This document shows, piece by piece, positions 1 to 10,164 of a stretch of 64,000 nucleotides of DNA. The stretch is taken from the NCBI GenBank assembly GCA_030390025.1, contig JASTWF010000033.1:4900001-4964000 (forward strand), in the 5' to 3' direction. How positions within the stretch are numbered: the stretch's first letter is position 1; each line of letters opens with the position of its first letter. The notes under the pieces were generated by a model. It ran no database searches and was not told where the DNA came from. It worked only from the letters and a program-made list of their open reading frames with translations. The translations under genes were made by a program, and so were the position numbers. This stretch comes from Squalus acanthias. Taxonomy: Eukaryota.

Positions 1-372
1 CGATCATGGCTGATCATCCAAATGCAGTACCCTGTCCCTGCTTTCTCACACAGAATCCCCATCGAGCGTGCACCAACACATATCCCACCCTATCCCCGTA
101 ACCCCACGTATTTAATTCCCCCTAACATATCCCATCCTATCCCCGTAACCCCACATATTTAATCCCCCCCTAACACTAAGGGTCAATTTATCATAGCCAA
201 ATCAACCTAACCCGCACATTTTTGGACTGTGGGAGGAAACCGGAGTACCCGGAGGAAACCCACGTAGACACGGGGAGAATGTGCAAACTCCACACAGACA
301 GTCGCCCGAGGCCAGATTCGAACCCGGGTCCCTAGCGCTGTGAGGCACCAGTGCTAACCACTATGCCACCGT
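1..372 (-). mobile_element. tRNA-derived V-SINE (HE1-like) with CR1-derived 3' tail, running off the window start
   Basis: The minus strand begins with a tRNA-like head (GGTGGCATAGTGGTTAGCAC...GGGTTCGAAT, A/B boxes). Next come the V-SINE core (GTGGAGTTTGCACATTCTCCCCGTGTCT...GGTTTCCTCCCAC) and CR1 3'-UTR sequence. A closely similar copy lies at 14152-14578. Confidence 0.85.
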
Positions 373-1535
373 AATCCTTTTAGTAGTATACTCAATTCCA
401 TTACATACCGTCGGATTGGTCCCTTAGTGGGCCAAGATCTGATCCTCCCGTTACTATTCATTCCGGTAATTTCACAGCTCGCCCTGTCATCAGCTCATAG
501 GGGGTTAGCCCCGTAGTCCCGTTAGGGGTTGCACGCAACCTCATGAGGATGGTGGACAGCAATTCCGACCAGGATTGACCTGTCTCCTGTATAGCTTTGG
601 CCAATGATATTTTCAACGTACGATTCATCCTCTCTACCATTCCCGAACTCTGGGGGTGGGAGGGGATGTGGAACGTCTGTTTAATACCCATCATTGTACA
701 CAATTCTTTGATTACATTTCCGGTAAAGTCTGTCCCTTGATCCGAGTCAATTTGTGCAGGGATTCCCCAACGGGGAATCACATCGTCTTCCAATATTTTT
801 GGCACAGTGATGGCGGTGAAATTGCCGGTAGCAAATGTTTCCACCCACCGTGTGAACTGAACAATCATCACTGGACATTATTTCGTCCCCCGAGAGCTGA
901 GTAGTTGCCCAGTAAAATCGATCTGTAAATTCTCCCACGGGCCCCAAGGACGTGGTTGATGCGACAGTCGTATCTTCACTGCTTTCCCCGGATTATGCTG
1001 GGCACATATCACACATCGGTGACAGTACTCGGCTATCCACCGGCCACCACGAGGCCCGGACAAAACTTGTGGTAACGGCGGTTCTTCCCCGATGATCGAC
1101 TCCGTGGTGTAGCTCTATTAGCATAAGTCGTATGCATTCGGGGGCTATTACATGGCCGTCCTTTCGCCATACAGAGTTCGGACCCTGGGTCCCGCCCTTC
1201 TCTTTCCACTCTTTCTTCTCCCTATGGTTGGCATCGGCTTGCAATTTCGCAACGTCTATACTATCTTCTCCGAGGGTCAAATCTCCCACGGCCTCATCCA
1301 TGGGAGTCTGGGTCTCCGACGCACCACGTGCGGGGATGTCTGCTGCCTCATTTCCCTTCAGCACCTCGTTTTCCATCTTCTGGTGAGCCTTTAGTTTGAT
1401 GACTGCTGCTTGGGCAGGTTTACTAGCAGCATCCAATAGCAGCGTAATTCGGCCTTCATGTTTGATAGCCTCCCCTCCTGAGGTGACAAATCCTCGTCTG
1501 CCCCAGGCGGTCATGTGATCGTGTACTCCCAAAAA
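373..1535 (-). pseudogene. pol: Retroviral pol remnant (RNase H + integrase), frameshifted
   Basis: ORF-track pieces 993-1532, 878-1063 and 458-871 join through frameshifts into RNase H, the HHCC zinc finger and the DDE core. Confidence 0.85.
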
Positions 1536-1539
1536 TTGG

Positions 1540-2250
1540 TAACGGGTTGCTCAACGCCGTTTGTACTACCTGTTTAAAATCATTATAATCTGTTGTTCGA
1601 TCGGCCAGCGTGGCTCCCAGTTCCGGGACACAGGTCTGGTTCTTTATGTCATCCGCCAATGTGTTCCAGATTATTATGTATGTCGTACATTTCTTCTAAC
1701 GTTCGCCAAAAGTCGGTATTGCCGTGTCTGGGATTCAATAAGGGCAAGTCTTTCAAAATGGATTGTTTCTCGCCCGGGATGAATGCCTGATACGACAATA
1801 ACCCCCCCGGGGTGATATCTCCCTGGGAGTTCGGAGGCCGACTTCGGGCCTCAAGTGGGGCCGCAAACACAGCAGCCGACTCTAATTCTGGAGCCGTCAC
1901 CATTCCATATGGTGGCGAGTCGTCTCCGTTATCGGTATCATGTCCGGCAGACCAGGTACCGGCCCAAACCTACTAGTCTGTTGCCGTTCATTTTGATGGA
2001 ATAGTTTGAGCTCCTACAATTTTGAATGAATTTTCTTCATTAAATCAACGATATTGCCAAGTTATCAACAGTCCTGCCTTGTCACACCTTTCCTTTGATT
2101 GCGTCTGCCAACAAACCTTCTGTTTGGCGGGATCCACAGATGGGTCCCACCCATCCTTTTTCATTTTAATAATTATTTTTTATTTTTCTCCGCGAAAAAC
2201 TTAGTTCGAGACCCTTCTGGTCCCACTTTTCTTCCATAAAACTAGCCATA
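1540..2250 (-). pseudogene. Probable gag N-terminal remnant
   Basis: Lies between the leader and pol. Contains an SPPY late-domain-like motif near 1905-1920 and an open stretch at 1649-1903; stops and frameshifts are present. Confidence 0.5.
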
Positions 2251-2335
2251 TCCCCACTATGGTATTACCTTTTAAATACCCACAGTCCCACTGAGGTATT
2301 ATCATTTAAATAAATATAGATTATTTTAGTCCCCA

Positions 2336-3158
2336 ATATGGATAAATGCGAGGTTATCTACTTTGGTGGCAAAACAGGAAGACAGATTATTATCTGAACG
2401 GCAATAGATTGGGAAAAGGGGAAGTGCAACGAGATCTGGGAGTCCTTGTGCACCAGTCGCTGAAGGTAAGCATGCAGGTGCAGCTGGCAGTTAAGAAGGC
2501 AAATGGTATGTTGGCCTTTATAGCGCGAGGATTCGAGTACAGGAGCAAGGATGTCTTGCAGCAGTTGTACAGGGCCTTGGTGAGACCACACCTTGAGTAT
2601 TGTGTGCAGTTTTGATCGCTTTAGCTGAGGAAGGATGTTCTTGCCATGGAGGGAGTGCAGCGAAGATTCACCAGACTGATAACTGGGATGGCAGGAAGGA
2701 TGTGTGAAGAGAGATTGGGGTCGATTAGGCTTATATTCGCTAGTTTTTAGAAGAATGAGAGGGGATCTCATTGAAACTTATAAAATTCTAACAGGACTAG
2801 ACAGACTAGATCCAGGAAGGATGTTCCCGATGGCGGTGGAGTCCAGAACCAACGATCACAGTCTAAGGATAAGGGGTAAGCCATTTAAGACTGAGATGAG
2901 GAGGAATTTATTCACCCGGTGTGTGGTGAACCTGTGGAATTCTCTACCACAGAAGGCAGTTGAGGCCAATTAATTTAATATATTCAAGAAGGAGTTAGAT
3001 ATATTTCTTAAGGCTAAAGGGATCAAGGGATATGGGGAGAAATCAGGTACAGGGTACTGAATTTGGATGATCAGCCATGATCTCATTAAATGGCGGAACA
3101 GGCTCGAGGGGCCGAATGGCCTACTCCTGCTCCTATCTTCTATGTTTCTATGTTTCTA
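2336..3158 (+). mobile_element. 5'-truncated CR1 LINE inserted in the ERV leader
   Basis: RT C-terminal motifs (RPHLEYCVQF, RGDLIETYKI) and a (TTTCTATG)n tail. The ERV leader repeat resumes directly afterwards. Confidence 0.9.
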
Positions 3159-3460
3159 TCCTATTCCTTAGAAGCAGCTACAGTCCCACTGTGGTCTTAC
3201 CTTTCAAATGCCCACAGTCCCACTGGGGTCTTATCTTTTATATAAATAGATACTCTATTACTCCCCAATCCTCTTCCTTAGAAGCAGCCACAGTCCCGCT
3301 GGGGTCTTACCTTTTAAGATCTTTTAATTTGTCCTCAGACGTTTTACTTCATTCGAATCCCCCGGTGGAATGACACTTAACGGCACAGATTTTACAGTGG
3401 TATTTTATCGTACTCACTATGTGATGGTCCGCCTCAGTCAGTAGTTTGTCCTCCGGGTGG

Positions 3461-3478
3461 ATCCTGCTGACTACGCCA
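3461..3478 (-). promoter_or_regulatory. Primer-binding site complementary to the tRNA-Ser 3' end
   Basis: Minus strand reads TGGCGTAGTCAGCAGGAT, 2 nt after the LTR-terminal CA. It has one mismatch to the complement of the vertebrate tRNA-Ser end ATCCTGCCGACTACGCCA (recalled sequence). Confidence 0.85.
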
Positions 3479-3480
3479 AT

Positions 3481-4029
3481 TGAAGTGGAATATTTATTCA
3501 ACACTCGACACAAGTCTGCCAGGTACAAATCAAAAGTCTTTATTACACCGGTGGGGAGACAATCTCTTACTGGCGCACCAGCAGACTTCTCCGAATTGAT
3601 ACAGTAAGCGTTACATATTTATGCTTTCAAAAGTCGTGGTAACCTCTTGCATAATCCGTTGCACTATTTTAACTGGCCTAAGGCCCGTCTGCACAGTTGC
3701 TGATTGGCTAATTCCCTATCTCGCGTCACACAGCCTTCCGCCTATACTTTATTGTCACGTGACCTTTATGATTTCATCTGTTGTTATGTTTTGTAATCTT
3801 TAGTATAACCACATGTCTGCATTTCTGTCTTGCTGTGCCCCGTGTGGTTTTAATTATCTCTAGGTTCCATGGTTTGTGATTGGTGCTTCTGAGCTAATTT
3901 AATCTAATCAGGCAAAAGCATCGAGACCAATTGGTCAGCATGTCTGAACTGTCTCCGCCGGTCTCTGTCTGGTGTGCAAGCTGCATTGTTAACCCCTTAA
4001 TTTCTGAAGGGAGCCGATGCCCAACTTCA
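3481..4029 (-). repeat. 5' LTR of the ERV (about 549 bp)
   Basis: Inverted termini TGAAGT...ACTTCA (TG..CA). Minus-strand AATAAA at 3539-3544 and a CATAAATA TATA-like motif near 3615-3622. Abuts the PBS on one side and CR1 ORF1 sequence on the other. Confidence 0.75.
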
Positions 4030-4285
4030 CACCCACAGTGCCGTGAACTTGGCTCTGGCTGCATTCCCCAGATGAACCATCAGTTTCACCGTTACCCAAC
4101 ACAGAAAAACAGTTGTAAGTGAGATGCACTCTGGGGCTTTTCTGACTACCTGCCTGCCCAACTTCTTCTGACTGGTGGTCACACATTCCCTCTCTGACTG
4201 CACTTTTTTAAGCTGCGCGGAGACCACGTCTGAAAACGTGCAATCCACATAACTCTCAGCCTCGCGGATACACCGCACTGTCAGG
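4030..4285 (-). mobile_element. CR1 ORF1 fragment interrupted by the ERV
   Basis: Translations (RCIREAESYVDCTFSDVVS; YNCFSVL...SQVHGT) parallel CR1 ORF1 at 9254-10164 (RHIREGESYLDSVFQEVVT; SNRFEAL...HST). Confidence 0.65.
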
Positions 4286-4450
4286 GACAGAGGGAGATAG
4301 AGAGAGACAGGGACAAAGGGCGATAGAGAGAGAAACAGCGGGAGAGAAGGACAGAGAGAGATAGAGAGAGAGAGACAGGGACAAAGGGCGATAGAGAGAG
4401 AAACAGTGGGAGAGAAGGTCGGAGGGAGAGAGACACACAGCGAGAGAGAA
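4285..4450. repeat. Purine-rich low-complexity tandem repeat
   Basis: Repeated GACAGGGACAAAGGGCGATAGAGAGAGAAACAG blocks and (GA)n runs. Confidence 0.8.
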
Positions 4451-5397
4451 AGGTGAGGGTCCAGGCGCGAGTATTCTGTTACCGGGGACTGAGCAGCGGC
4501 CGCACTTAGGAACAACACAGGTGGAGGTGCAGCACATGTACAATGGCCGCGGGAAGGAGGTGAATTTTTTTTTTTAATTCGGAAAATTGTTTAAAGCCGG
4601 AAAAAGTACGGCAAAATGAAGTTGAATGTCCCGCGGTAAGTTCCAGTTAAATTTTGCGAGATGTTGTCCTCTATTTGAAAGAGTTTATCAGTTTTATTTA
4701 AATGATGTTATGAGAGAGAAAAAAAGATTGTGCCCCCGTTTGTACCTCTAATTCTGTGAAAAATGAAGGGAACGGCAGCAGAAATAGAGGAAACAACTTC
4801 TCCAGAACTGATCCCAATTCATCGCCAGGGCTGGGGAGAGAAAACCTTCTTAGGAAGTTTAATCACTCGATTCACTTTCTTATTTGAGCTCCGTTTGGAA
4901 TTCGAGTTTAATTTATTTATTTGTTGTATGATTAACTACAGCATTGAAGAGGGAAAGAGAAACTTGAATAACTTCTTCTTTCAAAGCTGCAACGAGACGA
5001 GGAATAATTTAATGAACTTTTTTAAATAAATGAATGTTAAAAACACTTTTATCCCCCTAAGCTTCGAATATGATTTTGGAACAAATAAGCAAAAATCAAT
5101 TTTCCCCACATCTAAACAATTTTCAACCTGGTCTTGAATTGTGAACGCTTTTAATGAGGCTCTGAATTGCTTAAAACTTTTTTAAATTGAAATTACTCAG
5201 TATTTGATGTTGAACGATCGACTGAAGTGAGTAGCTTCACACAAACATGCAACCATGCTGTTGAGAAGGGGAAGGACAGGGGAGGATTTGGGGGAGTTAC
5301 ATACTACTTCTTATTGACTTTTTAAAAATATAATTAAGACGGTTAGAAAGAGGACCAAAAAAGGGGGAAAACACAACAATTATATTTTACATAATAT

Positions 5398-5792
5398 AAA
5401 AACAGAAAATTCTGGAAACACTCAGCAGGTCAGGCAGCATCTGTGGAGAGAGAGAGAGAGTTAACGTTTCAGGTCTGTGACCTTTCGTCAGAACTGGACA
5501 AAGTTAGAGATGTAACAGATTTTAACCAGCTGCAGAGGAAGGGAAAGGCGGGATTGGAGGATCGGACAAAAGGGATGGTCTGTGATATGGTGGCAGGCAG
5601 GAGTGGTTAAATCCGGCCTCTGCACCTGGTTAAAATCTGTTACATCTCTAACATTTTCCAGTTCGGACGAAAGGTCACAGACCTGAAACGTTAACTCTCT
5701 TTCTCTCTCTCTCCACAGATGCTGCCTGGCCTGCTGAATATTCCCGCATTTTCTGTTTATATTTCAGGTTCCAGCATCTGCTGTATTTTGCT
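5398..5792. repeat. Long inverted repeat made of two Penelope-type terminal repeats
   Basis: 5398-5538 is the approximate reverse complement of 5617-5759. The same sequence forms the 3' end of the Penelope element at 57684-57903. Paralogous inverted repeat at about 58496-58900. Confidence 0.8.
5459..5495 (-). ncRNA. Putative minimal hammerhead ribozyme (Penelope-associated)
   Basis: Minus strand AGTT-CTGACGA-A-AGGTC-ACA-GACCT-GAAA-CGTT-AACT: intact CUGANGA and GAAA cores, 5-bp stem II, palindromic ACGT stem III, AGTT/AACT stem I. Confidence 0.6.
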
Positions 5793-6263
5793 ACTGTGAA
5801 CGATATCAGGAAGATATCAATAAATTGGTCAGGTGGGCAGAACAGTGGCAAATGGAATTCAATCCGGAGAAGTGTGAGGTAATGCATTTGGGGAGGTTTA
5901 ACAAGTAAAGGGAATACACATTAAATGGTAGGATATTGAGTAGTGTAGAGGAACAAAGGGACGTTGGAGTGCATGTCCACAGATCCCTGAAGGTAGCAGG
6001 CCAGGTAGATAAGGTGGTTAAGAACATAAGAACATAAGAACATAAGAAATAGGAGCAGGAGTAGGCCAATCGGCCCCTCGAGCCTGCTCCGCCATTCAAT
6101 AAGATCATGGCTGATCTGATCCTAACCGCCAATCTACTATCTATCACAGAACCATCTCCTGCATCTTACAGAAATACACACACGAAATAGGAGCAGAATC
6201 AGGCTACACAGTCCCTGGGCCCGCTCCACTACCCACAGGGCCATGACCGATCCGAACCTAGAC

Positions 6264-9215
6264 TCATGTCCAAATTCCTGCCCGCTCCCCGTAACCCTTA
6301 ATGCCCTTTACTTCTAGGAAACTGTCTATTTCTGTTTTAAATTTAATTAATGTTGTAGCTTCTACAGCTTTTTGTGGCAGCATATTCCATGGACCTACCA
6401 CCCTCTGAGTGAAGTAGTTCCTCCTCATCTCAGTTTTGAAAGAGCAGCCCCTTATTCTAAGACTATGTCCCCTAGTTCTCGTCTCACCCGTCATCGGGAA
6501 CATCCTCCCCGCATCCACCCGATCCAACCCCTTCACAATCTTATATGTTTCAATAAGATCGCCTCTCATTCTTCTGAACTCCAATGAGTAGAGTCCCAAT
6601 CTACCCAACCTCTCCTCATATGACCACCCCCTCATCCCCGGGATTAACCGAGTGAACCTTTTTTGCACTGCCTCGAGAGCAAGGATGTCTTTCCTTAAGT
6701 AAGGACACCAAAACTGTATGCAGTATTCCAGGTGCGGTCTCACCAATACCTTGTACAACTGAAGCAATACCTCCCTATTTTTATATTCTATCCCCCTAGC
6801 AATGAAAGCCAACATTCCATTTGCCTTCTTAATCACTTGCTGCACCTGCATACTAACCTTTTGAGTTTCGTGCACCAGGACCCCCAGATCCCTTTGCACT
6901 TCAGTACTCTCCAGTTTCTTGCCATTAAGATAATAAATTGCTCTAGGATTTTTCCTGCCAAAGTGCATCACCTCACACTTTCCAGTGTTGTATTCCATCT
7001 GCCAAATCTCTGCCCACTTACTTAGCCTGTCTATGTCCCCTTGCAGGTTTTTTATGTCCTCCTCACTCACTACTTTCCCTCCCATCTTTGTATCATCTGC
7101 AAATTTTGATATGTTACACTTGGTCCCTTCCTCCAAATCGTTAATATAGATTGTGAAGAGTTGGGGACCCAGCACTGACCCCTGTGGAACACCACTAGTT
7201 ACTGATTGCCAGTCTGAGAATGAACCATTTATCCCAACTCTTTGCTTTCTGTTAGATAGCCAATCCTCTATCCATGCCAGAATATTACCCCCAATCCCGT
7301 GATTTTTTACCTTAAGCAATAATCTTTTGTGTGGCACCTTGTCAAATGCCTTTTGGAAGTCTAAATACACTACGTCCACTGGTTCCCCTTTATCCACTCT
7401 ATATGTTACTTCCTCAAAGAACTCCAGCAAATTTGTCAAACATGACTTCCCCTTCGTAAAACCATGCTGACTTTGTCCTATTAAATTATGATTATCCAAA
7501 TGTCCTGTTACTGTTTCCTTAATAATGGACTCCAAAATTTTACCTACCACCGATGTTAGGCTAACCGGTCTATAGTTACCAGCCTTCTGTCTACTGCCCT
7601 TTTTAAATAAGGGTGTTACATTAGCAGTTTTCCAGTCTGCCGGGACCTTAGCGGAATCCAGGGAGTTTTGAAAAATTATTACCAATGCATCTACAATCCC
7701 TACCGCCACTTCCTTCAAGACTCTAGGATGTAAGCCATCAGGTCCAGGTGATTTATCCGCCTTGAGTCCCATTATTTTACCGAGTACCACTTCCTTAGTC
7801 ATTTTGATCGTGTTTAGCTCCTCTCCCCCTATAGCCCCCTGTTTGTCCAGTGTTGGGATATTCTTAGTGTCCTCTACTGTAAAGACTGATACAAATTATT
7901 CATTCAGTGTTTTTGCCATCTCCATATTTCCCACCATTAATTTCCCGGTCTCGTCCTCTAAGGGACCAACATTTACTTTAGCCACCCTTTTTCTTTTTAT
8001 ATAACTATAAAAACTCTTACTATCTGTTTTTATATTTTTTGCTAATTTACTTTCATAATCTATCTTCCCTTTCTTAATCAATCTTTTTGTTATTTTTTGC
8101 TGCCTTTTAAAGTTTTCCCAATCCTCTGTCCTCCCACTAGATTTCGCTACCTTATATGCCCTTGTTTTTAGTCGAATACTATCCTTAATTTCTTTACTTA
8201 GCCACGGATGACTGTCCTTTCTTTTACACCCTTTTCTTTTCAGTGGAATATATTTTTTTTGGAAGTTGTAAAATAACTCCTTGAATGTACACCACTGATC
8301 ATGTGTCGTCTTACCCTTTAATCTATTTTCCCAATCCACTCTACTCAATTCCGCTCGCATACCTTCATAGTCTCCTTTATTCAAGCTTAGCACGCTTGTT
8401 TGAGATCCAACCTTCTCACCCTCTAATTGAATATGGAATTCAACCATGTTATGGTCACTCATTCCAAGGGGATCCTTTACTAGGACATTTTTAATTAATC
8501 CTGTCTCGTTACACAGGACCAGATCTAAGGTTGCTTGCCCCCTGGTCGGTTCAGTTACATACTGCTCAAGAAACCCATCCCTAATACACTCAATGAACTC
8601 ATCCTCAAGGCAGCCCTGCCCCATTTGATTTGTCCAATTAATATGATAGTTAAAATCCCCCATAATTATATATGTTCCCTTATTACATGCCTCAACTATT
8701 TCCTGATTGATACTCCGTCCAATAGAGTTGCAACTGTTCGGAGGCCTATAGACTACGCCCACTAATGTTTTTTTCCCCTTATTATTCCTTATCTCCACCC
8801 AAACTGTTTCATTATCATGATTTTTTGACCCAATATCATTACTCTGTATTACAGTGATTCCTTCCTTTATTAACATAGCCACCCCACCTCCCCTTCCTTC
8901 CTGCCTGTCCTTCCTGATCGTTAAATAACCTGGTATGTTTAATTCCCAGGCATTGTCACCCTGCAGCCATGTTTCTGTAATGGCCACAATATCATAACCA
9001 TATGTAGTTATTTGTGCCATTAACTCGTCTATTTTGTTACGAATGCTACGTGCATTCAGATAGAGAACTTTCAAATATGCTTTGTGGCACTTAGTTCCTG
9101 CTTTTTCACTTTTTACCAGTTTACCTTTTACTCCACACACTCTGTCCCTTCCTGCCACGCTCTGATTTGTGATTCCCCTACTGCTACCTATGTCTATGAC
9201 CCTCTCTGTTGTCAT
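6264..9215 (-). pseudogene. CR1 ORF2 (APE endonuclease + reverse transcriptase) with a single in-frame stop at 7896-7898
   Basis: ORFs 7896-9215 (YLNARS, ITETWL, MGDFN, SDH) and 6264-7802 ([14 protein letters not shown]) are in the same frame. The sister copy has TAT where this one has TAA. Confidence 0.9.
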
Positions 9216-9253
9216 TTTTATTTTTTGCTCTCTTGAAACCTCCCCCCCACTAA

Positions 9254-10164
9254 TTAGTTTAAAGCCCTCTCCACAGCCCTAGTTATTCGATTCGCCAGGA
9301 CACTAGTCCCAGCACTGGCCAAGTGAAGTCCGTCCCAACGGAACAGCTCTCTCCTGCCCCAGTACTGGTGCCAGTGTCCCAAGAAGCAAAATCCATTTTT
9401 CCCACACCAGTCTTTGAGCCACGTATTCAACTCCCTGATTTTATTTACCCTAGCCAAATTTGCTCGTGGCTCAGGTAGTAATCCAGAGATTATTACCCTC
9501 GAGGTTCTGCTTTTTAATTTGGCCCCTAGCTGCTCAAACTCCCTCAGCAGAACCTCTTTCCTTGTCCTATCTATGTCATTGGTACCAACATGGACCACGA
9601 CAACTGGATCCTCCCCCTCCCACTCCAAGTTTCTCTCCAGCCCAGAGGAGATGTCCTTAACCCTGGCACCGGGCAGGCAACACAGCCTTCGGGACTCTCG
9701 CTCTTGGCTGCAAAGAACCCTATCTATCCCCCTAATGATACTATCCCCTACCACTACAACATTTCTTTTTACTCCCCCCACTTGAATGGCCCCCCTTACC
9801 ACGGTGCTGTGGCCAGGTTGCTCATCCTCCCTGCAGTCCCCGCTCCTATCCACACAGGGAGTAAGAGCCTCGAACCTGTTGGACAAGAGCAAGGGCTGCG
9901 GCTCCTCCAACACTACCTCCTGGATCCCTGTACCTGCCTCACTCGTAGTCACACCTTCCTGTCCCTGACCACGGGCTACTTCTGAATTAGTTACTCTAAT
10001 TGGTGTGACTACCTCCTGAAACACGGAGTCCAGGTAACTCTCCCCCTCCCTGATGTGTCGCAGTGTTTGAAGCTCGGACTCCAGCTCATCAACACGGAGC
10101 CGGAGTTCCTCGAGCAGCCAACACTTACTGCAAATGTGTTCACCGTGAACATCAATGGTGTCCA
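9254..10164 (-). CDS. CR1 ORF1p (zinc knuckle/coiled coil + SGNH/GDSL esterase domain), slightly 5'-truncated
   Basis: CSKC followed by heptad leucines; VVGDS, VHVGTND and DGLHL esterase blocks. Confidence 0.85.

Larger units (their letters stand above)
373..4029 (-). mobile_element. Degraded, internally deleted class I (gamma/epsilon-like) endogenous retrovirus; 3' part lies beyond the window start
   Basis: Minus-strand order: LTR (3481-4029), PBS (3461-3478), leader, gag remnant (about 1540-2250), RNase H (HDHMTAWGRRGF, VIKLKAHQ, GNEAAD), integrase (HHCC; FTRWVE, DSDQG, HPQSSGMVERMNRTLK, GLTPYELMTGR). Confidence 0.85.
6024..10164 (-). mobile_element. Young, nearly full-length CR1 LINE (ORF1 esterase + ORF2 EN/RT) with 6-bp TSD TTAAGA
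   Basis: TTAAGA at 6018-6023 and 10165-10170; (TTCTTATG)n tail; ORF1 and ORF2 listed separately. Confidence 0.92.

Noticed and set aside
295..372. tRNA gene (also about 14500-14570)
   Set aside because: A/B boxes are present but run into the V-SINE core; this is a SINE head.
4027..4543. 163-aa and 95-aa Ser/Leu-rich ORFs
   Set aside because: They are read-through of a (GA)-rich repeat into a CR1 ORF1 remnant.
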